From assembly GCF_006345805.1 (NCBI RefSeq), contig NC_043011.1:24192464-24256463 (forward strand): DNA of 64,000 nucleotides. Reading direction: 5' to 3'. Of the stretch, positions 53,150-64,000 are shown in pieces. A program made the position numbers and the translations under genes. The notes under the pieces were generated by a model. It ran no database searches. It had not been told where the DNA came from and was given only the letters and a program-made list of their open reading frames with translations. Source of the DNA: Octopus sinensis. Lineage: Eukaryota. The stretch's first letter is position 1; each line of letters begins with the position of its first letter.

Positions 53150-54790
53150 ATTGGTTGATAACATCTGTGCTATGTAATACACTTCCACTGTCTATTGCAT
53201 ATAGACATAACACCATTGTTAATAAGTTTTTAATTACTGGTTCACTGCAGTTCTGATGGCAAGAGTAAGAGGTTTGTGCACTTGGACTTAACTGGGACAT
53301 CATAGGTGCAAGAAGCCCCTGGTCATAGTGGATCTTGGCATCAGGTGTTGAGAGGCCCCAGCACAGACATGAATGTACTAAACCTTGTGAGATAGTGTCT
53401 TTTATACTATGGCAGAAGTGTGGATATAAACACTGACAGTTGTAGACTATGTGCATTTTGTAAAAAAACTGTTACTGGAGCAACCTGTTGCTTGTGTTGT
53501 AAGCGATTGATAGTGAGTTTGTTTTTGTTTTGTTCCTTTTCCTTGCTGTATCAATACCATCAATTGTGATAAGCCTAAGAGCTTTCTTTTGAATTGTTGT
53601 GAGTTGGTTGTATATCCTTTGCAAACATTCATCCAACAGACAGGCAGACATACTCCAAATTGCTTCTGATTTGAGCTTTGCAAATAGTGGATCTTCCTTC
53701 TTTGTGTAGTGCTATTACACATGGTGCAGATGTTCTTTCTACACTAGCCTGCTGTCTATGGTTATGCTCAGAATCTCAAACTTTTTCACAGAGAGCCTGA
53801 AATTCCCAAAGTGCAGTACAAGGTTTAAGCTTTTCCTTGCTAGAACCATTGCTTTACATTTTGATGCTTCAAATGTTACTTTCCAATCATAATCCCAGGC
53901 ATGTCCTAGCAAGGCCTCTACTTAAGCCAAGTGCTGCTGCCACTTTGCTTTCTCGTGTCAATCTTGTGCAGACACCCTTAAGTTCTCAGAGTTATAGCTC
54001 AGTTTTACAATTATAAAGGTAATATCTGAAACTGAGAACAAAAGTGGCAAAATTATTAATCTTAGTGAGACTAATGCATTATAGAGATTAAAATGTTGAC
54101 CTGAAAGAGTAGACTTGATGGAGCTCCCACTAAGGTAGCTTTGAGGTTACCATAGCAGTTTCTTATATATTCCTTTAGAATCAAATTTCACATGCAGCCT
54201 GCTTTACCAAATTCTCAAAAATTCTTTCGATAACCATGGATATGAACACATACCTCCTGGCCTACATCAAGGTAGTTGTTCTATGTTTAGGAGATGTTCA
54301 CCAAGGTTTGGTTAGCAATAAAACAGGTCAAATCTAGAATCTGTCTAATGTATAGAAATTAAATAAATAATCTTTCACAGGTTTGAAAATACACGAGTGA
54401 AGCACAGATGAAACAAGTAACATGGGGGTTAGCAACTTCCACATAATATTCTTACAGGACTCTGGTGGGAATTTGTAGGAACAAATAATTTTACCAGGTT
54501 TGAGACACATCGCCTTCATGATATCTTTTGTATTAAAAATCTCACTCTGTAGCTTTGTACCAGAGGGTAATCTGATCAGCAGTGGCTGGTTGTCAGTATT
54601 TAGTACTATAAACTTTTCTGCAAAAATCTCGCAAAAGACATTTACCTTGTTTATAGATGTGTGCAGTTGCATCATGTTCAACAATGAGTATGCAGAGTGG
54701 CCTGTTCTTGTAGAAAGAGAATTTGCTCTGCCCCAAGACTTCTCTCTGTTAAGGTTACCGCTTGTCTTTGTCAGTCTGGCATTGTAATTT
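53150..54790 (-). mobile_element. CR1/L2-clade LINE, 5'-truncated RT remnant
   Basis: Minus strand: FAEKF...DIMKAMCLKPGK (pre-RT region), SYLSGSSIK, WDYDWKVTFEASKCKAMVLARK and STICKAQIRSNLEY; many stops. Confidence 0.8.
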
Positions 54791-56178
54791 TTTTTTTTTT
54801 TTTTTTGCCATGCTCTCTACTTAATTATAGTAAGGTTTTGCTTTCATTAGTTCCCATGGTGAATGGTAATACCTTGCTGAATGCAACAATGAAACCAAGA
54901 CTGTTTCTTTAGCAATGCGGAGTATGCTGGAACCATCACACACACACATACATATATATATAATCTGTCTTTCATATGAAGAGAGAAAATATGTCTCCAA
55001 TAAACACTGCAGTTTTCTGATCAATCCACTTTACTATACAAAACCACATCACTAGGGCTTACATTCCAGTATTAAGTGCATATACTATGTTAGAGATCTA
55101 AATAAGCTGGAATGGTTGCACCAGCGTAATAAGCATATTTGAAGTTTACAGTTCCTTGTCCTATTTTTGAGCTATTTTGTCTACTGTCTGTATATTAACT
55201 GCATTCCCCCCACCCTCCACAACCATGGAATTTTTTCTTTCCTGTACATACTGAATTTTACAAAGTATTCTATTAATGTTAATCCAACATTAATCCATTT
55301 TCTATTTAGAAAAATGATTAATGATGATGTTAATAGAATATTTCTGAACTAACCATTCACATTTTCTTACTGTTTATCAAGTTACAATATGACATTCTGT
55401 AAATTTCTTTCCTAATAAATTTCCAAGTAACTACTTAAAAGTTAATATATTTAAGAATATATTTATTACATATATAACTTTAAGATTTCAATATTAAGAT
55501 ACTTTCTTACAAAGAATTAAGACATTAAGAATGGGCTTTCTTTCTTACGGATACACACACTTCTATAATCCTAATGATTGAACAAAATGTGCTTTGAAAG
55601 CAGATAAAATAACTAATCTAATATTACCTACTTATATCTGAAGTACCTAGTACAGACTCCTATCTACATAAATCAAGATGTGCTCAAGAATTATGCTTAT
55701 AGATTTTAAAGAACTCCAAGTACTTAATCAGTAGAAAATTGGTTGAAAATCAGTAATTTTTTATCTCTCTCTTAACCATTTTAGACACAAAAGCTATATA
55801 TCATAAACTGGTATCTTTCTCTTCCCAAAATGAAGGTGGTTATAATTTTGTTCAACAAGAATATCAAGTAAAATATACAGAGCACTTTGAAGTAAGTTTC
55901 AGTAATTCAATATTACAATTAAAATAAAATTTTGAAATTTTAAAATTCTCTGAAATAATCACCTAAATACTATTATAAGGCCAATATTCATTTCTTAGAT
56001 TTCTCAAGAAATTCCATATAAAGGAAATATCAAGTGTATCATGAAACAATAATGTCCAGTTAGAAAATAATAAAGGAAATATGTGTGCCTTCCCCAGCAG
56101 CAGACTCTGGTTGTGTTTCTATAGAATGCAGAAACAAAAAGAAAAGAGACTAAATAGCTATGTAAAGAAAAAATAGCT

Positions 56179-56308
56179 AAAAGTACAAGTGATGGAATAT
56201 TAGGGAAATTTGAGGCCTCAGGATAGAAACTAATATCAAACTCCAACATCAACACAGTACAACGTTGAAACACAAAATACTTCAATAATACACTGCATTA
56301 AACCTTAT
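56179..56308 (+). repeat. 130-bp dispersed direct repeat, copy 2
   Basis: Matches 51933-52062. Confidence 0.9.
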
Positions 56309-57299
56309 TTTAAAAAAAAAAAAATAGCAACAGGTTTCAATTTTCATGTCTCAATATTTTATTTATCCCGATTTCATTAACTATAAATTGTAGGTTATGT
56401 TTCATACCAGAGATGAAAAAAAACAAAAATGTTTAATGCAATGGTATAATAAATCCTAATCTTTAACGTAACTAAGGCATAATCGTGGTTTATGAACATA
56501 CTTTAAAACCACATGGTTCCAAATTCAAACCCACAATGAAGCACTTCGAGCAACCTTGAGTTGACCAATACCTTATGAGTGGAATTTGGAGACAGGATCT
56601 CTTCTAAAACCAGGTGTTATACTTTACTGCATTATATTAGCATAGGATACAAATTAGAAAATTTAAAAAAAAAAAAATTGTTTCACAATAGGTTAGCTGT
56701 TCCGTTGTCACTCCTGCTGTTAGAAATGCAATGATTAATCTGTTGGAAACTAGTAACCCATGACGCTACTGCTTGCAAACTATGATATAAATGTAAAAAA
56801 ATAAATAAAAACTACACAAAACCAATACACAAATTAATTTCTAACAACAATGAATAAAAAATTAAGATAAGAAGAAATTGGAGTCTTTATTATTGCAGCC
56901 ATGCCAGCATGGAAGGTGGACATCAAATGATGATGATGATGATGATGATGATTAATTAGTATGGGTGTTGTGCAGCCCAAGTCAAATAAGAACTAGCAGA
57001 CTTATGGCACAAAGGTAGTGGCTCAAACAACCAAGTGCAATCCACAGAGCTTTCCCAGCTCCCTTTTATATTATGTTTCAACCAATCAGAATTATAATTT
57101 ACACACCAACATGCAGTAATGAATCAAGTGAAGTACAGTACAACAGTCTTGACATATTGCACTCTCCAATGTTCAGTTTCATTCTGTATGCCCACCAGCA
57201 AAGTCAAGTACAGTCAGAGTGCAATTGTTGTTGTTCCTCTGCAGTCCTTGTTGCAGAGTGTGCATTCTAGCACAGTGCTAGGATTAGTGAGGTTACTGA

Positions 57300-58800
57300 T
57301 GCTGCAACTATTTCTGTTGTATCTTTACACTTTTGTCTGAGTTGAATGGAAGAGAGTGTTTTGAAGATAATGTTGCAGGACTGATCTGAGGTGACATATA
57401 CATGTCCAGAAATGATTTTTCATGGAATAGAAATTGAGTGTTGGAGTTTGGTACCTTAACAAATTGCCTGTATCCCACATAGTAGGTGGTCATTTGGTCT
57501 GCTAAATTGCAACCAAATCTTGAAACTATACCATTATACCAAGAGGAATATACCACTAGAAACAGATTGGTTGATTTTTCTGTTGTCTGTAGTCCTATGA
57601 CAGATCTACACTGTGTTTTGTACTTGAAACATTTTGGTTTTTAAACATGAAATAGTGTAAACAGAATTTTGTCACATCAGCAAAAATTTGACCAATGATT
57701 TTCTAGGAACTTTTGGAATCAAGTGACAACAACATTCAGATCTGATGACATCAAGAAAGATCTAAAAAAAAAAAAAATGCTCAACAATTATACAACTTAT
57801 TCTTAGACTGGTGTCATCAAAAATTCTAAGGAACACAAAATAGTTGATTGAAATCAGTCGAGCTTCAATTATGCTAATCACAGCTTATAAAAAAGAGTAG
57901 CAAACAACAGGCAGATGAAGAGAGACATATTTAATCTGGTCAGTGAACACTATGCTATTTAGAAGTAAAGACAATAGAAGCTGATAGATGGAGATGTGAT
58001 CAATGAAGCATGACTGCAAACAAAATTCTTTCTGTAGCTGATATACTACCAAAAGGCACCTGAACTTCTGCCATGCAAATAAATTTGGCTAATTCAGTTT
58101 TGACAACCCCATTGTCAGCAAAATATGAATGCTACACTAGCTAACTACTCCAGTATATCAACATTCATCATTACACAGAAAAATCCCCACACGGTATTGT
58201 GAAATGAACTCTGCTTTTCTATTATTTCTTTTTTGCTCTATTAGACTGGTGTATCTAGTTTTTCTTTCTCACAATGAATATATGATCAAGAACTGAATTA
58301 CTCGTATTCATTTTGTCAATTCTGGCTTATCCTATCATTACTGTCCCATTGACAGTCAGTATTTGGCCCCCATTCTCTAGATTTAGGATTAGCATGTTCC
58401 ATCATCATACATGAGAACTTCTTAAAAGGTTTTTCAACTCACCTGACATTCAATTATAAACTTTCTACCCTGTTTGATGAGAGCAAGATCTGTGTTCACT
58501 GATATTGTGTATATATCTTTATAATATTTGTATTTCTATAATGACAATACCCACTTCTGCAGTGAAGTATTAGTTTTTTAAAAGTGAATATGATAGATAG
58601 TATTTGCAGCAGCAAGATTTTTATACCCATGTAGTTCATTTGTCAATGAGAACGTGATAAAATATCTTAGTTCAGCCTTTAGTTCTACATTATGATAACC
58701 CAAGCTGAAATTTAGGTTTGAGTACAAAGCACTTAGGTGAGGTTTTCTAGAATTCTTGTCCTTATCAGAACGAGATATTTATTCTTATAAATTGTTTGAT
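57300..58800 (+). mobile_element. Decayed Gypsy-like pol remnant (RT connection, RNase H, integrase)
   Basis: RNDFSWNRN*VLEFGTLTNCL (F.W..C..AF..LK..L-like), HHYTEKSPHGIVK (integrase HHCC-like) and DNTHFCSEVL...IVFAA..LYP.S (DNG.QF.S / YHPQSNG-like), in the Gypsy domain order; no LTRs seen. Confidence 0.55.
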
Positions 58801-60608
58801 TTGGCAGAGGTTGACAAGAATTTTGCTATTTTAGTTTTTTTCTTTTTTTTTTCCTTTTGGAACAGCAGCCAAAGAAGTTGATTTCTTGCTTTTCAATGAT
58901 ACCTAACATCAATAAATAGCCATTCAATTTCCTTGAGCTTTTTTTTTTACATGAAAAGCTACTCTTTTTGTTTGGATGGCTGACCACACCCCATTGCTGA
59001 TATTTGGTATTGTTTTGATAATTATCCAAACAAATTGACTGTTAATAGTTGTTCTAAATTTTTTATACAGTAGGGAAAACTAGTACAATAGTCGTGTTAG
59101 CAAAATGATTGCAGCAGACAAGAGATTATAGTTCCATTAAAAAATAAACCAATTTTGTCTCATATTTGTCTATGAGTCAACACCTATATCTAAAATAACT
59201 ACATTTAGAGGGTCAGTGGAATATTTAAGTCATAATTTTTTTAACTGGGATTATTGTAAACCTTAAAACAGAATTGCTTCTTAAAAGTTAAATTTATTTT
59301 CTCCAACTCAAGTGGAGAATATCTTGACTTCAAGAATTTCAAAAATACTGAGTTTGCATAAATTTCTTTAGATACTTGTCATTATTACACAAAATTTCTA
59401 GTTTTTTTTTTTCTATTAAAACGTTTTAGTTAAATTTCTTAGCCACTTCCATGATATGGCTTTTTTAATGACAATTTATATATGTTAGATAGAAAAAAAT
59501 CAATTTCCAAAATTGATTTCTTTTCAATTGATTATGCTTCATTTTCAATTCCAATAAGCATCTGGATTTGTTACGTGTTTGTAAATTGTTCAGAAGCTTC
59601 TGTAATTGAGAAAGAATATTCAGTTGAGAGATCCAGCTATCACAGCAGTAGCTTACAGTCTCAAATTAAATTCAGTATTATACATGTAAAGTTCTTAAAT
59701 ATATGTTTTAGTATTGTTGAAGAAAGTATTCATCCAAAATGGTAGACATGTTGTCCAAGAAATATCATCAAAAATTAATTTGAAGCCTGAACAGAAGATA
59801 CTTAGTTTGAAACTGTCAAGACTATAAGAATTTTTCTCTAATATAATACTCCTTTAGCAACTTAAAATGAATTTGTTTCTATGAATAAATACTTTATACA
59901 ACAGCAACAAAAAAAAACCCAGTTTAGACTACATTTGATCATGTGACTGACAGGCAAAGATACTGGACAATGATAGTTAATAAATCTGATCATCTCTGCA
60001 AGCCATTAAGCTAACCAAAATTTCATAGGTTAAGGCTTGGTGTCATTTGGAATAGTATTCTACATTTCTCAATGCAGTCTCTAGAACAGAGCTTTCCAAA
60101 TCTTTTTCAGCTGTCACTTCCTTATTCTTTTACTAACTCTTTTCAATGCCCCTTTGCTAAGATTCTTTATGGTTCATATACACTTGTAGCTACCAGCTGA
60201 AATTTATCTATGCATTCAGATTTATAACTGTATTTTCTGTTACACAAACAATCATACACACATTGATTTCTCTGGTAACATGCAAGTTAACACATTTGTT
60301 TATACATATGGGTAGATTATGAGATTAACAGATGACACTCATTGCTAAAATTGACAACATGAAAGCATGTACATATGCATATGTATGCAAATATGTTAGG
60401 GTGTTATCTAACACTACAGGTGCAGTGGCAGTCTTTATTGAATATAAGGAAACATCTACAGAATATGACTTTTAAATTATTATTTCATTTGTTTATAATT
60501 TACATGCAAAAGTGGTATACATTCAATATTGTTTATTTATTAACATTTTGAAGTCTACTGTTATTAGTCATTGTTGTGACTGTGGCTAATGAGCAGTTTA
60601 TTATATCC

Positions 60609-61010
60609 CTTTTTACTTGTTTCAGTCATTTGATTGTGGCCATGCTGGAGCACCGCCTTTAGTCGAGCAAATCAACCCCAGGACTTATTCTTTGTAAGCC
60701 CAGTACTTATTCTATCGGTCTCTTTTGCCGAACCACTAAGTGACGGGGACGTAAACACACCAGCATCAGTTGTCAAGTAATGTTGGGGGGACAAACACAG
60801 ACACACAAACATATACACACACATACATATATATATACATATATACGACAGGATTCTTTCAGTTTCCGTCTACCAAATCCACTCACAAGGCATTGGTCAG
60901 CCCGAGACTATAGCCGAAGACACTTACCCAAGATGCCACGCAGTGGGACTGAACCCGGAACTATGTGGTTGATAAGCAAGCTACTTACCACACAGCCACT
61001 CCTGCGCCTA
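60609..61010 (-). mobile_element. Full-length family-A tRNA-derived SINE (younger)
   Basis: Head TAGGCGCAGGAGTGGCTGTGTGGTAAG with B-box-like GGGTTCAGTCCC; internal (CA/TA)n; tail GGTGCTCCAGCATGGCCACAATCAAATGACTGAAACAAGTAAAAA; many CpGs retained. Confidence 0.92.
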
Positions 61011-61300
61011 TATAGTTAAATGTTTTTCTTTTATATAGGAAATAATGATTAAAAACTGTAATTACATCTATGTTCAGCCCGCTCCCTTTGCCTCACTACA
61101 CATAAAAATTCTCACCCAACTTAGGGAGTGGTACTGCCCACTTTCAGAAACACTGGTCTAGAAGAATGGAAAAATGTGGTAGCCAGAGCATACATCAGCT
61201 TTGTCATCCAGTCTTATAACTGACAAGAGTGATAACTGCTGTGGAGACAATGCACAGTAAGACTATTTGGATTCAATATTCTTGTATTTAATAAGCATAT

Positions 61301-61680
61301 AGGTGCAGGTGTGATTGTGTGGTAAGAAACTTGCTTCCCAACCACATGGTTCAGGGTTCAATCCCACTGCGTGGCACCTTCGGTATGTGTTTCTACTTAT
61401 AGCCTCAGGCCAACCAAAGCCTTATGAATGGATTTGGTAAATAGAAACTGAAAGAGGACCCTTCATGTGTGTGTGCACGTGTCTCTGTGTTTGTTTCCCC
61501 CCTATCATGATTTGACAGCCAGTGTTCATGTGTTTATGTCCCCATAACTTAGCAATTTGGAATAAGAGACTGATACAATAAGTACTAGGCTTTAAAAAAA
61601 AAAGTCCTAATGTCAATTTGTCTGACTAAAACCCTTCAAGGCATTGCTCCAGTTAAATGACTGAAACAAAGTAAAGAATA
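61301..61680 (+). mobile_element. Full-length family-A SINE, inverted relative to 60609-61010
   Basis: AGGTGCAGGTGTGATTGTGTGGTAAGAAACTTGCTTCCCAACCACATGGTTCAGGGTTCAATCCCACTGCGTGGCACC...TGACTGAAACAAAGTAAAGAATA. Confidence 0.9.
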
Positions 61681-61740
61681 TAACAAAAACTTATTTTGGT
61701 ATGTAAGTTTCTATTTTCCCAGACCAGAAGGATAGTAATC

Positions 61741-61960
61741 TAACCCTTTTGATACCTGCCAACAATTACCCCTAGTTCTATGATACACACACTATTTTAA
61801 TGTAATTTAAATAATAATCTTCCATCAAAATTTTTTAATGTTAATTTCTTCCAGACTGCAGCTTGATAATGAGAAAATTATTTTAATGAATTCTTCTTTA
61901 TTTTAAAAATTAATTCAAACAAAGGTGGTATATATCAACAGAAATATTGAAACAAGAGGT
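61741..61960. mobile_element. Degenerate MITE-like element (piggyBac-like ends)
   Basis: Starts TAACCCTTTTGATACC and ends AAACAAGAGGTTTAA; a similar left end occurs at about 15025. Confidence 0.4.
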
Positions 61961-62649
61961 TTAAAAATAAATATTGAGGTTAGGTATTGTGCCAAAATTA
62001 TAATTGTTTAGCCAAAGTCAGCCCTAGTCAAGTAAATCATATGACCAAAGATGTTCCACTTAGAACCATCCATCTTTTTAGAAGTGTCTAGAAACATATT
62101 TCCTAATATGACTGCCCCTTTTTCAAGGCAACTGAGTGTGATTTGAGGGAGATTTAGCTGCTATCTCTAGCATGTTGAATGACCATGTAGAAGGTCCCTC
62201 AATAGTGTTCATAAATGGCTAACAATGTACTAGTTATTTGTTAGACATCCAAGCTGAATAAGATAAGTTTGCAGAAGAAATAACACTAATAAAATTAATG
62301 ATTTAATACCAATTAGGGTGGAAATAAACTTAATGTCCATATAGGTTTCAGACTAAACCATTCAAACAACACATGTATCAAAACTGCAAAGGAAAACTAT
62401 CACACTATTCAGTATTAAAGAGGGAAAAAATATTTTCATTAAGAACAATTCAATTAGTTGTTCTTGAAAGTATTTAAAGCTTTCTTAGAAAATAAAATGC
62501 TACTCACATTTAGATCAACAATAGTAATTTAATATTTTTATTACTTCAATAATATTTTCAAAAATTGCCAAAGAAAAATTATACAGAAAAAGTGCAGAAC
62601 CATCCAACTGAAGCAAGTGTGAACGAAATGAATTTAAAGTAATTTTCTT

Positions 62650-63800
62650 TTTTTCTTCTGATTTTAATGTGTTCTTAAGTCAGTTTGTATTTGCATCAAG
62701 ATTTAATTTCATCAATGTAAAGTCACAATCCTTGAAATCTATCTTAATTCTGATCACAACATTGATTTAAATTTCTTTTTAAACTTTGTAGATTTCAGTT
62801 TTTAAGAATTTGTAGTTTCTTTAATTGAACTTCCAATAGCAGATATATTTTTCTCTTTCTTTTCAATTCTTTGGACGCGAGTAAATCAATTATTTGTAGC
62901 AATTTCAACTACCTTAGTTTCATTAACACTTTGATGGCAATTATTTTGAAAATTTAGTGAAGAAACTTTTTCCTTTTTAAATTTGGAAAATCATTAATAA
63001 AACTCTGATTCTGCTTTGTCTTGTTTGATTAAATTTTAAAATGATTTGTTTGAAAAGCAATTCCAAGATAATTACAAGGAGAGGCTCAATATTTTCTGAA
63101 TTCTAGTTTAAAATAATCTTCCTGCTCTGCCTTTCCACAGAAATATTATCTATAAATGTACTTAAAAAAAAATTTTCACATTTATGAAATAGATTTTGGT
63201 CAAGTGAACAGAGAAATAGAAAGTAACCCAAGAAGTCAGCACTTGTTTGTTTACTGATACTGTTATATACACAACCAAAACCTTTCAGTCCAATTCATCT
63301 AGCTTTTTAAGCAGCAGTTTCAGGAGTTCAATTCCACTTACAAGAAGAAAAAACAACTAGTTGTCTTATTCATGGGAAAATTAAATCTCATCTGCTTAAT
63401 GCTACAGAAAGCAGAAGATAGGAAAAAAACAGCTCAAAAAAGACCCTGGCTTTTTAGAAAAGATTACAGGCTTCTCACAAAATATGCTTTCTAATTTTAA
63501 CTTTATGACTATGATATATCTATAAGTAGTACTGTATGCCATTTTGCATTGTTGTCTGAAAAATGTACCTGGACAAGCTAAATATTTTATTCTAGGATTT
63601 TCAGATTTAGCTACCAAAAAGTGCATTAACAAGAATCAATTTGAATCAAATTTCGAACACCTGTAAACTGCATTTAATTCTTCTAGACAATTCTGTAAAA
63701 AGTCAGTATGCTAATCAATATCATTCTATGTTTTCTACATTGAAGGATAATTCAATTTTCTTTTCTTCAGACAGTACCTAACTTCTCTTTTGCAAACTGC
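62650..63800 (-). mobile_element. Probable decayed hAT-family transposase remnant
   Basis: Minus strand: GVRNLIQ...ENPRIKYLAC (G....I.E.NP.A.YVHC-like), SFF-like, TRW-like and KRKK segments in hAT order; heavily interrupted; boundaries approximate. Confidence 0.4.
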
Positions 63801-64000
63801 ACTAAATCTAATTCCATATACAACCAAGTTTCTCCTGGTTTCAATCTTGCTAACCACCTCCAATGAATTATATAAAATCTATTTTTAGAAACAAGTTATC
63901 TAATTTCATGGCTTAAATTTCACTATCATAGTGAACTAGTTCTGATACTGGCAATATAATTACATAAGAGCATAAATATGAAGCAGAATGAAGACATAAA

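Noticed and set aside
55950-56130. Strong minus-strand acceptor followed by a long open frame (KHNQSLLLGKAH...)
   Set aside because: No credible donor before the stop, so it is not supported as an exon.

Overview
AT-rich eukaryotic DNA with no operon, rRNA, tRNA or CRISPR content. The tRNA-derived SINE families match those I recall as typical of Octopus, so this is most likely octopus genomic DNA, probably the introns of one large minus-strand gene. Nearly all supplied ORFs are spurious. The long ones come from microsatellites (30.2-31.3 kb, 42.8-43.7 kb), and the only recognisable proteins are decayed transposon enzymes. Well supported: three full-length mariner elements with TIRs and TA target duplications (two mellifera/cecropia-like, one nearly intact irritans-like), RTE, CR1, Penelope, Gypsy and probable hAT relics, many SINEs, two MITEs, an apparently exact 1110-bp tandem duplication and two large simple-repeat arrays. 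Less certain: small minus-strand candidate exons of an unidentified host gene. Most interesting: a minimal hammerhead-ribozyme-like fold just 3' of the Penelope GIY-YIG, a pri-miRNA-like hairpin, the young irritans mariner nested in an RTE tail, and a phase-compatible cluster of tiny exons at 47.8-49.4 kb. I do not see convincing evidence for a wholly new biological system. All alignments and folds were done by eye.
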